DNA of 37,504 bases. Source: Vannella sp. Lineage: Eukaryota. The position numbers and the translations under genes are program-made. The DNA lies in contig JAJQQN010001113.1 in the NCBI GenBank assembly GCA_023345925.1, positions 1-37,504 on the forward strand, in the 5' to 3' direction. Within the stretch, counting starts at the first letter, position 1. The number at the start of each line of letters is the position of its first letter. Positions 24,601-33,994 of the stretch are shown in pieces. The notes beneath the pieces are model-generated. The model was not told the DNA's origin, searched no databases, and saw only the letters and a program-made list of their open reading frames with translations.

Positions 24601-27600
24601 TCGAAATTCTTCGAGCTGAAACAGCCACACTGTACAGAAGTATTGAAGTGCTTGAAGCCTCAATGCAGGAACTTGAACTCCAAAAAAGTCAAATCAGTAA
24701 TCAACTAGAGAAAACAAGAGGAGAACTGAGCAATGTCAAAGAGATCCCTCCAACAATTCGACAAGTATCTGAAGCGGCTAATGCACAGACTGAGTCCAAG
24801 TTCGTTGAATTTGCATCGATTATTCAGCAACTCCAACAATCGTTGGATGCTACCGAACGGGAGCTACGTATCTATCAACAGGAGAATCAGCGGTTACTGT
24901 CCGAAGCCCACATCAATCATCAGGCGGAGTTGAATGACGCTTCAAATCTATCCCTTCTACGAAAGGTTCAAAATGAATTGGAAGAGCGAGAGGCCACATT
25001 AAGTTCTCTTCGTCATGAAATTATTGTTCTCCAGCAGAATACCTCAGAGAAAGAATATCAGTTAAGAGCTACTCAATCTCATATCAATCGGGAGCGTCAG
25101 TCTTTCACCGCTCAAATACAGCGATTAGAGGACCAATTAAGACTTGAGTCATCTAAAGTGCGTGAAGTTGAGGTACTCAGAAGCGAGTTGGAAGACTCCC
25201 TATTTGCAGCTGTAAACCCGAAGGCAAACTCAGTACAACCTGGTGAGGAATCAGTATTTGAGCTTAACCTAGAACTCCAAGAAGAAGTCAAACATTTACG
25301 GACAGAATTGAACGCCTATCAATCGCAGAAGTTACACAGTGTTTTAGATTCAGATTCAGTCAGGTTGCTTCATCACATAGAAAAGCTCCAAAGTGAAGCT
25401 GTCTCCCTCAAAGACGAAACGGCAACTCTAACTCGCCAATTACAAGAGCAGGTTCAAGAAACTCTTCGAATCAAACGGGAGCGGGAAAATTTGGCAGAAG
25501 AAAGTTCACGGCTACAACGAGAAAAAGAAGAATTAGTCAGCCGTTTGGGGACAGTTGAAGCTGAGCAAGATTCTATTGCCCGCACCCTCAGCGTTTCTCT
25601 CCAGCAAGAGCAGGCACATTCTGAGCAATTAGTTTCTCACCTCAAAGACATGCACTCAGCCCTTTCGACAGGAGAGGTAACTTCTAGAGCAGAGGCCTAT
25701 CAAATTCAGAGTCTGAGTACCGAGTTGCAAGCCAAACAATCCGAGCTTGTTCGCTATCAAATGAGCTTGGCAAAAGAGCTTGCATTTTCGGAGGAACAAA
25801 GTCTCTTATTGAAGCAGATGCAACAGGAACTCTCTCAATGTGACACGAGCGATGCACTCAAAGATGAACAAGTGGTAACATTCCAAGCAGCAATGCAAGA
25901 GCAGTTAACCTCGCTGAAGGGAAAGTACGAAAATTGTTTGGAAGCTTGGGAATCTGATTTAGCTGAGTGGAAGAGCTCTCTGGCATCAGCCCAGATGCAA
26001 GCATCACAAAAAGAACTCTGTCTTACAAGGGAAGTGGAGCAAGCTCTCCAGGAAGTGGCACTGCTTGATGAAGAGAAGCAGTTCGCGATTCGCCGGGCTG
26101 CCGAACTGCAAGCAGAGGCAGAGGGACTGGCTGGTTCGCAGAGGCAACTTCAGCATGCAATGCATGGGCAGCTGAACGCTTTGCATTCATCTTTGTCTTC
26201 AGAGCAGCGCCTTCGTGCGTCACTCGAGCAGCAACTTTTCGAGATTCAGAATGCCTATCATGAAGATCGTGATCATTGGGAGACTCAAACAGCATCACAA
26301 AACTCTGGGCAGCTCTCTAATCTTGATCTGGCTCTATCTGCGTTCCAAAGAGAGACATCCAGGCGTGAGGAGTGCGAGGAGAGATTACAACAGCTGGCTG
26401 GAGATCATGCGGAAGATAAGGAAACCAATAGACAACTCAGGCTGAGACTTCAGCAACACGAAATTGATGCCACTCAAATGCAAACGAGATTAGATCAGTT
26501 ACAAGCCTCTCTCTCGCAGAAGGAGGAGTCTCTTCACTCTACGGATCATTGGGCACACCAGCTGCAAAGAGAGGTTCAGGAAAGCCGTCTTTTACGTCAA
26601 ACAACTGCTCAACAGCTCGCAGATGAGCGACAGAAGGGGACTGAATTGAAAGATACGATTCATCAGCTCTCCGTCCAAATGGAAGACTTGAAACGAAGCG
26701 CAGAAGAATCTCATTTCCATTCTGAGGCAATCGCAGCTGTCTGGGAAAATTCACAGCAAGTCGCAGACTCACACGAATTGCAAATGCAGACCTTACAAAG
26801 CTTAGTAGAGAACTTAGAGGCCCAGACAGCAGCAATGGAACATCGATCTCAGCAAGAGTCTCAAGCGCTCCTGAACCAATCTCAATCTCTTCAGAGAAAG
26901 CTGGAAGCATACGAAGTCGAAATTAATCATCTCCATCTTCAACTGCAACAGCGGGACTCTTTTACAGATAGGCTGCAGGAGCAAATGGGTGCTCAAGCAC
27001 TCCTTCTCAACCAATCTCCGGGCCCCGCCCCAGAGTCTTCCCTGGCAATGCGAGGACTTACTGCTCAATTGGACTCCGCTCTTGAAGCGAACAAGCGATT
27101 GCAACGGGAGCTTCAGCAGCTTCGTTCAATGCCAGATAACCCTGACCAGTCAGAGGAAGCAAACCGTCTCAAAACCCAATTAACTTCATCAGAAACTCTC
27201 ATTCAAGAGCTCAGACTCGCTTTACACGAGGCCCAGCAGACACAACAAACTAGCGAGAAGGATCTGGAACAATGCTTGATCGAACTTGCCCTTTTACAAG
27301 CAACAGCAGATCGAAAGATCGCACTTTGTGAGAATGAGACAATTTCTCGTACTTCTGCTTCTGAAGTAGCCCATCAAGTAACAATGCATCAATTGAGTAC
27401 GTAGATTGATTTTGCCAGATTGTATTTTACTAACTCGCAGTAGTGGAGGAAAGGAAGCGTAATGAGACTCTACAAGCTCATATTTTGGAGCTTCAAATGA
27501 TCCAAGAGAACCATTCTGAAGAAATAAGACGTCTCCAAGAAGTTCGCAATCAGATTCAAGAAGAAGCCACCCAAGAGCGCGGCAGATATAATCAACTTCT

Positions 27601-29674
27601 ACATCGCCACGCTCGTCTCAAGGATGAATTGAGTGACATAACTAAGCACAGTGCTTCAGCTTCCTACACACAGCAAATTCAAAGGCTGAATTCCGAGCTT
27701 TCTGAATCGAATCAACATCGGCAAGCGTCTTCTTATCAAGCTCAAGAGTTGCAAAGGTCTCTGAAAGATGGGGAGATGCAAAACTCTCTCTTGCAACAGG
27801 AGATAACGGAACTCAAATCTGTTCTTGCGGAAAAGGAGTCGCTGAGTGCAAGAGCAGCTGTTTCTATCCAGCATGAGGAGGCCGAATCTGAGTTGGCTCG
27901 CTCCAAAGATCACATTCGGACTCTACAGCAATCAGCCGAGCGATGTGAAACACTCTTGCGAGAGTATAGACAACAAATCGATCAGTTAGTTGACAGCAAC
28001 TTGACACTTAACCAAGATAAGCAAGCTCTCATTGAGGTTTTGAGTACTTTTGAGGATCAACTCGGAGAGGTGCAGACCAATACCGCGCAACTTGAAACTC
28101 AATGGCGGTCCAACATTCAACTTGCTGGGCACACCCAAAGTGAATTAGAGACGAAAGATCGGGAACTTCGTGCTTGCCAACAACGACTGGTTGCTGCTCT
28201 AGAGGCGAGTCGGAGTCTCGAAGTTTCTTTGACACTTCGTGATCAGTCACTTGATACCCAACGATCAACTCATTCTGCTGCCTTAGTCCAGCTCCAACAA
28301 GATGCTCTTGCTCAAAAGAATCATTTCCGCAATTTGGAGCAGCAACTTGATCAGAGTAAAGCAAGCGTACTGGAATTAACTGCTCGGCTCGAATTTAGCG
28401 CTAGGAAGGAATCAGATACAAATTCAAAACTTCGTGTTGCTGAAGAACAATGCCAACGGCTTGGAGCTGAACTAACACTCCTTTCAAGAACCTTGTACGA
28501 CACCAACGAGCACCACACTCTTCTGAAAGCCCAAATGAGTACGCTTCAGCGCCAGTACGATAACCGAATAGAGGAGATCAAACAAACTCATCTGGAAACC
28601 ATCACGTATGCCAACACAAAGCTTCAAAAGACTATTCAACGCTGTTCTCAGGCTGAAAGCAGAACGGAAGATCTCGAAAGCCAATTCGCTCAGATGAATC
28701 ATCATGTGGCCGATCTGGTTCACTTTTTTGTTGATCAGGAATTAGCTTCTGTTTCATCATCGAAAGGTCCGCAGAGTTCTCCGCCTTGGACGAAATCAAT
28801 GGAACCAAGTTCAGGTATTAGTCAGCTCTGGCATTGTATCGACCAGCTGCGTGTTACGTTCATCGCCTCCCAGCAAGAGATTGGCTGCCTAAACAAGAAG
28901 CTATCATCCTTGGTGACTCTGGAGAAAACAAATCGGGACTTGCAAGATTCGATTTCAGCTTACAAAACGCGTGTTGAGGATCTTAATCTTCGGTTGAGTC
29001 AGGATGAAGAGCTTTCCCAAGAAGCAAACAAACAGCGCACTGAACTGGAAAAGTGTCTGATGGCTGACCTGCAAACACTCCGTTCTGAAGTCCAAGAACT
29101 TTCGTCAAAGCTTCACCAACAGACAGAAGAGAATTCTGATCTTCTCCAGAGGTTACATGAAGCTCAACAATGGTCTGCTCGAGCAGAGGAAGAAATTTCC
29201 AGCTTAAATCATCAAGCATCCAGATTCCAGCATTTACTGAAAGCTACACACTTGACTCTTCTCAGAGAGAGTGAATTAGATGAACTGAAAGAGGAGGAAG
29301 AGCAGAGAGAGCAACGCTCAGCGGTAAACGAAGTATCTCAATTGTACTCGCTGAAACAGTCCTATGCTGCAGCATCAGCCGCAGCTTCATCTCGCTATCA
29401 AGACCTCCTCTACCAATTCGAAGAGCTCCAAACTCGCTTACTCTCTTCAGAAGAACACAAAAACCGTGTTGCAGAGCTTCTTCAAGAGAAGGAGGAACTT
29501 CTTGATCAATTATCATCCCTTCAAGCTGAACGTGACACACTGGAGGAGCAAGTGGAAGAGAGAACAATCGAGTTAGAAATGCAACAGCAAATCTTCGAAG
29601 AGGAACAATCCCAGCTGCTCCAACAAATTGCCGCGGACACGGCTTGTTTGAAATCCACAATTCAACTGCAATAA
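18697..29674 (+). CDS. Giant coiled-coil protein, ~3,628 aa (exons 18697-18913, 18961-27396, 27441-29674)
   Basis: Phase-1 introns GTACG..CTAG (18914-18960) and GTACG..GCAG (27397-27440) join the 109-, 2795- and 743-aa ORFs in frame. E/Q/L/R/S-rich heptad pattern throughout; no globular domain recognised. Confidence 0.85.
19440..23720 (+). repeat. ~280-aa super-repeat (about 6 copies) within the coiled-coil gene, including a 192-bp recent duplication at ~21570-21955
   Basis: The QRDIEQRSRExNQLRAS..AEKAL motif is encoded at 19497, 20337, 21162, 22011 (spacing 825-849 nt); the linked SN.MA.EI.QL motif continues in degenerate copies at ~22880 and ~23673. Confidence 0.85.
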
Positions 29675-29854
29675 CCAACATCATCATTCCATTTGTTAGC
29701 CAATAAATTTGATCGCCCTCGTAAATTGGCAATAATTGCCTGTGGATGACGGAAAGTTCTGAATGACATTCTGAGCCACTTTTACTGCGAGATTTTGATT
29801 TTTGGACATTCGCTTGAACGAGCCATTCCAGAACACTTTTTCTTTCACCCCTCA

Positions 29855-30964
29855 ATGAGCCCTCGAGTTGCCCTCTTGGCCTTGTTCCTTGGCCTGTGCG
29901 TTGCTCGCACTTACTGGCACCAGTTGGAAGAAACAAACTACTCCTTCAAAGACTACGAAGCTGAGTTCTTCAAGTCGTACGAGACGATGGGAGAGCGCCG
30001 TTGGAGACGCGAACTCTTCGAGGCCAACCTTCAAGACATTATCACCCACAACCGTGGAGACCACTCTTGGAAGAAGGGAGTCAACCAGTTCACTGATCGC
30101 ACTCCTGAAGAGTTCCGTCAACTCCTTGGGTTTGACAAGGCTCTTGGTGCCCACTACAACGAGATTGAGACTCCCACTCTCGAGTTCTCTACTCCAAGAA
30201 ACGACCTTCCTGCTTCTGTTGATTGGCGCCAGAAGGGCGTAGTAACCCCCGTCAAGGATCAAGGCCAATGTGGCTCCTGCTGGACGTTTGCCACTGCTGA
30301 GACCGTTGAAAGCTACTGGGCGATTGCTACTGGTGAATTGATGACCCTCTCTGAGCAGCAAGTCGCTTCCTGCACTGCCAACCCTCTTAAATGCGGAGGA
30401 AGTGGCGGTTGCGGAGGAGGAATCCTCCAGCTCGCCTTCGAAAGCATTATCAAGCACGGAGGTCTCGCCTCCGAGTGGACGTACCCTTACATCTCATACC
30501 AAGGTAACAACTACGGATGCATGTTCCACAATAGAACCACCCGCCCTGTCGCCCACCTCAAAGGCTTCCAAAAGCTCCCTTCCAACGAGAACACTCCCGT
30601 CCTCAACGCCATTCAAAACGGTCCTTTGGGCATTAGTGTTGATGCTTCTGCTTGGCACTCGTACGAGAGTGGTGTCTTCAACGGCTGCAACCAAGTTAAC
30701 CCTGATATCGACCACGCCGTTGTTCTCGAAGGCTACGGAACCGACAGCACCACCGGTGAGGACTACTGGCTTGTTCGCAACTCCTGGAGCCCCACCTGGG
30801 GAGAGAAGGGATACATCCGAATCCTTCGCCAAGAGACTCCTCCTTGTGGACTGGACATCACCCCTCTTGAAGGAACTGGTTGTGTGGGAGGCCGATCCAA
30901 CGTGACCGCTTGCGGAACCTGCGGAATGCTCTACTCGACCACTTTCCCCGTTGTCTCTGTTTAA
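29855..30964 (+). CDS. Papain-family (C1A, cathepsin L-like) cysteine protease preproenzyme
   Basis: ATG 29855, signal peptide, I29 propeptide (ERFNIN-like ERRWRRELFEANLQDIITHN; GVNQFTD), LPASVDWR, catalytic QGQCGSCW, DHAVVLEGYG, YWLVRNSW. Intronless. Confidence 0.97.
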   Translation: MSPRVALLALFLGLCVARTYWHQLEETNYSFKDYEAEFFKSYETMGERRWRRELFEANLQDIITHNRGDHSWKKGVNQFTDRTPEEFRQLLGFDKALGAHYNEIETPTLEFSTPRNDLPASVDWRQKGVVTPVKDQGQCGSCWTFATAETVESYWAIATGELMTLSEQQVASCTANPLKCGGSGGCGGGILQLAFESIIKHGGLASEWTYPYISYQGNNYGCMFHNRTTRPVAHLKGFQKLPSNENTPVLNAIQNGPLGISVDASAWHSYESGVFNGCNQVNPDIDHAVVLEGYGTDSTTGEDYWLVRNSWSPTWGEKGYIRILRQETPPCGLDITPLEGTGCVGGRSNVTACGTCGMLYSTTFPVVSV

Positions 30965-31049
30965 TGACTTGACTCTCAATGGAAATAAACCTTCTCGTCC
31001 GCCATGTTCATGCCAGCCTCCCTCTTTGATTTCTCCTCTAAAACTGGAT

Positions 31050-33797
31050 TTATTGAGCGATTCCCTTTCTCTCTTCCTCTTCCTCTTGCTTGAACATCAC
31101 TTCCAAACACACTTCTTGTTGACAACTCAAAGAGTCCGACAATATCTCGCAATCAGAGCGACTGGAGAGAAGGATGTCAGGAAGCCACACAATACTTCTC
31201 AGATTCTGCGTGGGGCGATTCAGTTTGGAACAAACTGCTGTTTGGAGCCATTGCAGAGTAAGAGCCTGCCCTTGAGGGGGAGGTGGGACCAATGAAAAGA
31301 AATTGCTCTCAGCAGCCCGAACTTTGAGACGACCCCAATGTCTTGTTTCGGGAGTGTGCACTTGAACAGAGTCTGTCTCGAGGGAAGAGATAAACCAACT
31401 AGCCAAGTTCTGGTATTCACGGAGGAGGGGTTCGATGTCATTCACTTGAAGGTCGCTGATAGAGTGATGAACAAACGATAATGCCTTGATATGAGGCAGT
31501 TCTTGCTTTTGGGTCATTTTACGATCAAACTCTTCCGGATCAATTCGTAGATCTTCGCCACGAAGCTTCATGATAAATGAAACGCACGAACTTACATTGG
31601 TGAAGTAGTATGCCGCCTCCCCACAAAGCTCAGCTTTAGCAGAGCAGAAGTTTTCCATGTAAAGCAGATTGGATGGTAAATGTGGGGGATTGATTTTGAT
31701 AATGAGATAGATCATGGCAGGTAAGAACTGATCTGCGCCTCCATCTTTAACGTCCAATCGTGAGAGTATGTTATAAAGTGTTTTGCAGGCCGCAAGGAGT
31801 AATTGAAGCTTTGCATTCGGGCAGACGGCTTTGTGCAGAAGTGCAAAGTTTGATGAGGCTTTTTCAAACTCAGGATAGGTCTCAAGTGAGTCAGGAAGCT
31901 CTAAATGGTCGTGCTGAATCCAATCAAGCTGCTGAACCCGATTCAAAAAGGCTTTGTCATTCTCTAATCCTCCTTGATAGGAGAAGATTAGTTGATAGAG
32001 TGGCTTCATCATCATTTCACGCAAATCTTGTCTCAGAACCAGTATCTCATTCTTGGTGGCCTCCGCTGGAAGAGTGAAGAAAGAGCCTCCTAAAACATGA
32101 GAAGTGATTCTTTTGACATTTTTGGACAAAGAAGCCTTGAGTTCTTCTGTTCCGAGAGAGTCAGATATTTCCCGTCTAAGAGAACGGATGGCTTTTTCCA
32201 CCTTGATCTCGAACCGCTTTCTTTTCAGAAGAGGTAACTCTTCAAGGTATCGACTCAACGTTCTGGGCTCATACCTTGAAGTCGTTTCCAGATATGGTCG
32301 GGTTACGACATCATCAATCAGTATAACTGGGTAAATTGAACCTTCCAAAGAAACTCGCCCGTGTTGGATGATCTCAAATCGCATGGTTCGTTGATGATCG
32401 ATGCGACGTGGGTTGTGAGAGATAACAGAAAATTGATTCACGAGTTCGTTACCTCCGTGAAAAACTAAAATGACCTTTTTCTGAAAGTCAATGGTCCCCT
32501 TCTGGCCTCCTTGGGTTGTAAACTCTCGAGCACCATCTGGTAGTAATGTCTCATCGTTTGGAGTGATCCCACAATGCATCAGGTGTGCTGCTACCAACTC
32601 AGGATGGATATCAAATTCACTCAGGATAATATTTGGGGGTAGAAGAATCCAAGAAGTGCCCTGTCTGAGGATGTCCAAAAAGTCTCTGCAATCAACTCTG
32701 ACTCGCAAAGCTCTCAGCAGGAGATTACTCCGCGAATCATTCGCGAGCAAGGATTGATCGTCAGAATCCTGGATTCCTCGGGGAGAAGTTGATTTGCTGA
32801 GTTGATGAGTCTCTTGAATGTTCAAATTCCTCCCAGAGGGGCGTTCACTGGCTGATCGGGCTTTGCCAGAGGGAGTTTTGAGAGTACCCTGAGCCCTTGG
32901 GCGTCTTTGGTCAGACTCTGGTGCCTCTCTCTGTTGAGCTAATACCATTGATTTCCCTGGCTTTTCAGAAACACTTTTCGTTGTTGGTGGTACACCAAGA
33001 GATGACGATGTTCTCGGGGATAACGATAACTGTGGAGACAGAGTTGGTCTTTTGTTAGTTTTGCTGATTTGATCAGGCATCTTCTGGCCCCAGCACTCAG
33101 CTGTGGTGAGTAATTCATGGGGGCTTTCCTCGGTACCCTTGATTTGGTTACCAGAAGTGAGGAACATCTTCAATTTCGTCAAGCCATGGAGGAACTCTGG
33201 TCTCGTGCTGAGTCTGTTGTGTGTGACGTCGAAAACTTCCAACTCTTTGAGCTGAGCTATGGAGCTCGGTATCTCTCGGAGCAAGTTGGCTGAAAGGCGC
33301 AGATGGCGAAGCTGAACCAAACAGCCGATCTCCTCGGGGAGGAGAGAGATGCCGTTGAAGTTGAGGTTCATCTCCTCGATCGACTTTAGATGCGAAAGGT
33401 TGCAAAGGGTTGTAACTCGGTTGTAGCTTAGATCAAGAGAGCGGAGTGAAGCGAGGGAGGGGTGAAAGGAAGCGGCTGTGATCTTGTTGTGGGACAGTTT
33501 GAGTTCGAGGAGCGAAGAGGGCACCGTGCTGAACTCTGCAAAGGTCCGTATGTTGTTTCTAGATAGGTTGAGAGTCTCTAGCAGCGAGAGATGTTGAATG
33601 GAGGGAGGGAGGCACTCCATTTGGTTGGCAGACAAGTCCAAGTGTCTGAGGAAAGGGGAACAGCGTTCAATGGCGAGTAAGGGTGCTACATTTCGTAAGC
33701 TTAACGTTGCAGTGCCCACAATGGAGAGGCTGGTCCCCCGCTCCTCCAAAACCTTCGTCAGGAGGCAAGTTGCCCTCTTCTCCGCTTCGGTTTGCAT
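31050..33797 (-). CDS. LRR-VPS9 (Rab5-family GEF) domain protein with a possible C-terminal ubiquitin-like fold
   Basis: N-terminal LxxLxLSxNxI repeats (~8); disordered linker; VPS9 signature GADQFLPAMIYLIIKINPPHLPSNLLYM...GEAAYYFTN; downstream DLQVNDIEPLLREYQNL helix. Confidence 0.88.
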   Translation of the reverse strand: MQTEAEKRATCLLTKVLEERGTSLSIVGTATLSLRNVAPLLAIERCSPFLRHLDLSANQMECLPPSIQHLSLLETLNLSRNNIRTFAEFSTVPSSLLELKLSHNKITAASFHPSLASLRSLDLSYNRVTTLCNLSHLKSIEEMNLNFNGISLLPEEIGCLVQLRHLRLSANLLREIPSSIAQLKELEVFDVTHNRLSTRPEFLHGLTKLKMFLTSGNQIKGTEESPHELLTTAECWGQKMPDQISKTNKRPTLSPQLSLSPRTSSSLGVPPTTKSVSEKPGKSMVLAQQREAPESDQRRPRAQGTLKTPSGKARSASERPSGRNLNIQETHQLSKSTSPRGIQDSDDQSLLANDSRSNLLLRALRVRVDCRDFLDILRQGTSWILLPPNIILSEFDIHPELVAAHLMHCGITPNDETLLPDGAREFTTQGGQKGTIDFQKKVILVFHGGNELVNQFSVISHNPRRIDHQRTMRFEIIQHGRVSLEGSIYPVILIDDVVTRPYLETTSRYEPRTLSRYLEELPLLKRKRFEIKVEKAIRSLRREISDSLGTEELKASLSKNVKRITSHVLGGSFFTLPAEATKNEILVLRQDLREMMMKPLYQLIFSYQGGLENDKAFLNRVQQLDWIQHDHLELPDSLETYPEFEKASSNFALLHKAVCPNAKLQLLLAACKTLYNILSRLDVKDGGADQFLPAMIYLIIKINPPHLPSNLLYMENFCSAKAELCGEAAYYFTNVSSCVSFIMKLRGEDLRIDPEEFDRKMTQKQELPHIKALSFVHHSISDLQVNDIEPLLREYQNLASWFISSLETDSVQVHTPETRHWGRLKVRAAESNFFSLVPPPPQGQALTLQWLQTAVCSKLNRPTQNLRSIVWLPDILLSSRSDCEILSDSLSCQQEVCLEVMFKQEEEEERKGIAQ

Positions 33798-33994
33798 GAT
33801 CCAGTTAAAAATTGGTCATATATATATGTATAATGCAATGTTTTATTTTCAGAAGACCGAACCAGTTAGTTAGGCCTCAATGCGAGTGGATTTTGAGGGC
33901 ACGGTTGAAGAGTTAGTTCTCTTGCATAGCCAGACCAGCAAATCAAGGAGTGTTTGAACTTGTAAAACATGGACACTTTCGAGGCATTTTCTGC

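Noticed and set aside
29262..30979. Overlapping ORFs of 124-224 aa around the cysteine protease
   Set aside because: Alternative-frame or antisense shadows of strongly codon-biased genes.
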